From contig JBAQWM010000339.1 in NCBI GenBank assembly GCA_049298915.1, positions 1-40,759 on the forward strand: 40,759 bases of DNA, written 5' to 3'. Both the position numbers and the translations under genes were made by a program. Within the stretch, counting starts at the first letter, position 1, and the number at the start of each line of letters is the position of its first letter. Below are positions 39,106-40,759 of the stretch, in pieces. The stretch comes from Steroidobacteraceae bacterium. Its GTDB lineage: Bacteria > Pseudomonadota > Gammaproteobacteria > Steroidobacterales > Steroidobacteraceae. The notes below the pieces were generated by a model. It did no database searches and had not been told where the DNA came from. It was given only the letters and a program-made list of their open reading frames with translations.

Positions 39106-40433
39106 CTTCCCTGGATCTTGGCGCCGGCGAGGTCGCGCAGCGTCACCATGCCCGTGCGTTCGCGGATCGCCGCCTCCACGCCATCCGCAATCACATCGGC
39201 GTCGGGTTCGGTGCGGGCACGCCACAGCAGCCAGGTCTCGTACTGGCGCTCATCGCGGACCGCGGTGAGGATGTGGTGCATCGCGATGCTCTCGAGGTCA
39301 CGCGCCGGCAGCACCTCTTCCTCATCGGTGGTGGTCACGAGCCCGGCATGCTCCAGGGCCTCGATGACCGTTTCCAGCGCGGAGCCCGGTACTTCCAGCT
39401 GCTCCGCGAGGTTCCGCAGCCGCCATGGTCCGGCGCCCGCTATGAAATTCCTTCCGATCAGCAGCATGACGGTGAGCGCCAGCCGCTCGCGCAGACGGCT
39501 GGTCAGTTGCACCGGCGCCTGGCCGGCCCGCAGGTAGCGGGGATTCTGCACGTAGAATGAGAGCTGTGCGCCGATAAGCAGGATCAGCCAGCTCAGGTAG
39601 ATCCAGATCAGCGCAGCGAGGAATATCGCGAACCCCGCGTAAATCGCCACCATGTTGGTGGAGGCGGCGACGATCTTCGTGAATATCATGCCGCTCATGG
39701 CCCACAGCACGCCGGCGGTCAGGCCACCGGCACACGCGGGTCGCAGCCGTACGCGCGTGTTCGGTATGAACACGTAGAGAAATGTGAACACGGCGGTCAC
39801 GAACAGGAACGGCCCCGCGGCGCCCAGCCCGCCGATGATCGTGCCGAATACCGCATGGCCGGTGAGCCAGCGCATCGTGTCCTGCTCGGCGACGGCGCCC
39901 AGCAGGCCGAAGACGATGACCAGAAACACCGGAGCAATCACCATCAGGCTCAGGTACTCGCTGATGCGGCGCATCAGCGAGCGCGGCCGTTCGACGTGCC
40001 AGGCGAAGTTGAATGCGTCTTCCAGCTTCCGGATCGTGGCGACCACGGTGTACAGCAGGAATGCCAGCCCCAGCGAGCCCAGCACGCCGCCTCGCACCCT
40101 TTCGACGAAATCCATGATCTGCGCGGTCAGTTCGCTGGCGCGTTCGCCGATCGGCCGCAGGAACTCGAACAGCAGCGGCTCCAGATCGCGGTGCACGCCG
40201 AGGCCCTTCAGCACGGCAAATGCGAATGCGAACAGCGGCACCAGGGACAGGAGCGTCGTGTAGACGAGACCCATGGCGCGCAGATTCAGCTCGCCAGTCA
40301 GCAGGTCGCGCACCAGCGCATAGGGATAGCGCAGGAGACCCAGCAGCCACTCGGCCTGCTTCAGGGCCAGCGGCGCATGGCGGTCGAACAACAGTCGCTC
40401 GATGCGCCGGCGCAGGTCGAGTTCCACTCTCAT
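39102..40433 (-). CDS. YihY/BrkB-family inner membrane protein with a C-terminal cytoplasmic wHTH-like domain
   Basis: The N-terminal ~295 aa have the YihY pattern: about six hydrophobic helices, LRAMGLVYTTLLSLVPL and AFNFAW. The final ~145 aa are soluble and look like an Rrf2/MarR-type winged helix (LRNLAEQLEVPGSALETVIEALEHAGLV). Confidence 0.8.
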   Translation of the reverse strand: MRVELDLRRRIERLLFDRHAPLALKQAEWLLGLLRYPYALVRDLLTGELNLRAMGLVYTTLLSLVPLFAFAFAVLKGLGVHRDLEPLLFEFLRPIGERASELTAQIMDFVERVRGGVLGSLGLAFLLYTVVATIRKLEDAFNFAWHVERPRSLMRRISEYLSLMVIAPVFLVIVFGLLGAVAEQDTMRWLTGHAVFGTIIGGLGAAGPFLFVTAVFTFLYVFIPNTRVRLRPACAGGLTAGVLWAMSGMIFTKIVAASTNMVAIYAGFAIFLAALIWIYLSWLILLIGAQLSFYVQNPRYLRAGQAPVQLTSRLRERLALTVMLLIGRNFIAGAGPWRLRNLAEQLEVPGSALETVIEALEHAGLVTTTDEEEVLPARDLESIAMHHILTAVRDERQYETWLLWRARTEPDADVIADGVEAAIRERTGMVTLRDLAGAKIQGS

Positions 40434-40493
40434 CGCAGCAGCGTGGCACAGGGTGGAAGGCCCCGCAATCGGCCGCTTTGCTAGAGTGTGGTC

Positions 40494-40759
40494 ATGCGCG
40501 GCGACTTTCCCGGACGCATCGTCTGTCTGACCGAGGAGACGACCGAGACGCTTTATCTGCTCGGCGAAGACGCGCGCATCGTCGGCATCTCCGGTTTCAC
40601 CGTGCGCCCGCCACAGGCGCGACGCGAGAAGCCGCGGGTTTCGGCGTTCACCAGCGCGAATATCGATCGCATCGTCGCGCTCAGGCCGGATCTCGTGCTC
40701 GGATTCTCGGACCTGCAGGCGGATATCGCAGCGGCGCTCGCGCGCAAAGGACTGGAAGT
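40494..40759 (+). CDS. Periplasmic-binding-protein-fold (BtuF/FhuD-like, cobalamin/siderophore-binding type) protein, 5' fragment running off the window
   Basis: My own translation from ATG 40494 is MRGDFPGRIVCLTEETTETLYLLGEDARIVGISGFTVRPPQARREKPRVSAFTSANIDRIVALRPDLVLGF. This is the typical first beta-alpha units of this fold. No signal peptide is visible. The frame stays open to the window end. Confidence 0.6.
   Translation, partial: MRGDFPGRIVCLTEETTETLYLLGEDARIVGISGFTVRPPQARREKPRVSAFTSANIDRIVALRPDLVLGFSDLQADIAAALARKGLE

Noticed and set aside
1-40759. Scan for tRNA/rRNA genes, CRISPR repeats, IS ends, transposases, integrases, phage genes, toxin-antitoxin pairs and known defence-system proteins.
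   Set aside because: Every sizeable ORF is accounted for by a housekeeping or ordinary accessory family. No spaced direct repeats or long terminal inverted repeats were seen by eye. A computational repeat and covariance-model scan would be needed to exclude small RNAs.

Overview
This is a GC-rich, densely packed core-genome segment with gammaproteobacterial synteny. I call 39 protein-coding genes and no rRNA, tRNA, CRISPR array, IS element, integrase, prophage, toxin-antitoxin or recognisable defence genes.

Gene blocks, in order:
- Tail of the ribosomal alpha operon: rpsK-rpsD-rpoA-rplQ.
- mscL, pepQ, a small orphan lipoprotein and a GNAT acetyltransferase.
- A minimal PCu(A)C-like gene coupled to uvrA.
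- An MFS transporter plus ssb, in the classic uvrA/ssb divergent locus.
- cfa divergent from a GGDEF-EAL protein.
- miaB-ybeZ-ybeY-corC-lnt running directly into leuS-lptE-[sdaA, pip]-holA-nadD-rsfS-rlmH.
- maf-rng-yhdP-nitrilase-tldD and a tiny membrane protein.
- purEK, yjgA/pmbA, a YihY-family protein, and the 5' end of a periplasmic-binding-protein-fold gene.

Many genes are translationally coupled through ATGA, GTGA or TTGA overlaps. Several six-frame ORFs are over-extended at the 5' end, or are antisense artefacts of the high GC content. I trimmed or rejected these.

I could not identify a convincing new multi-gene system. The window looks like ordinary housekeeping DNA. The points most worth a second look are small:
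- A truncated but motif-perfect PCu(A)C copper chaperone, translationally coupled to uvrA.
- An orphan acidic lipoprotein whose internal repeat differs only at synonymous sites.
- An MFS gene whose conserved N-terminus has no canonical start codon.
- In-frame 15-bp tandem repeats in rpsK and at the mscL stop.
- Lys/Arg-rich tails on S11, L17 and RsfS.
- A TMSKS variant of the LeuRS KMSKS loop.
- A YihY protein with a wHTH-like C-terminal domain.

All family assignments come from reading the translations, not from database searches.
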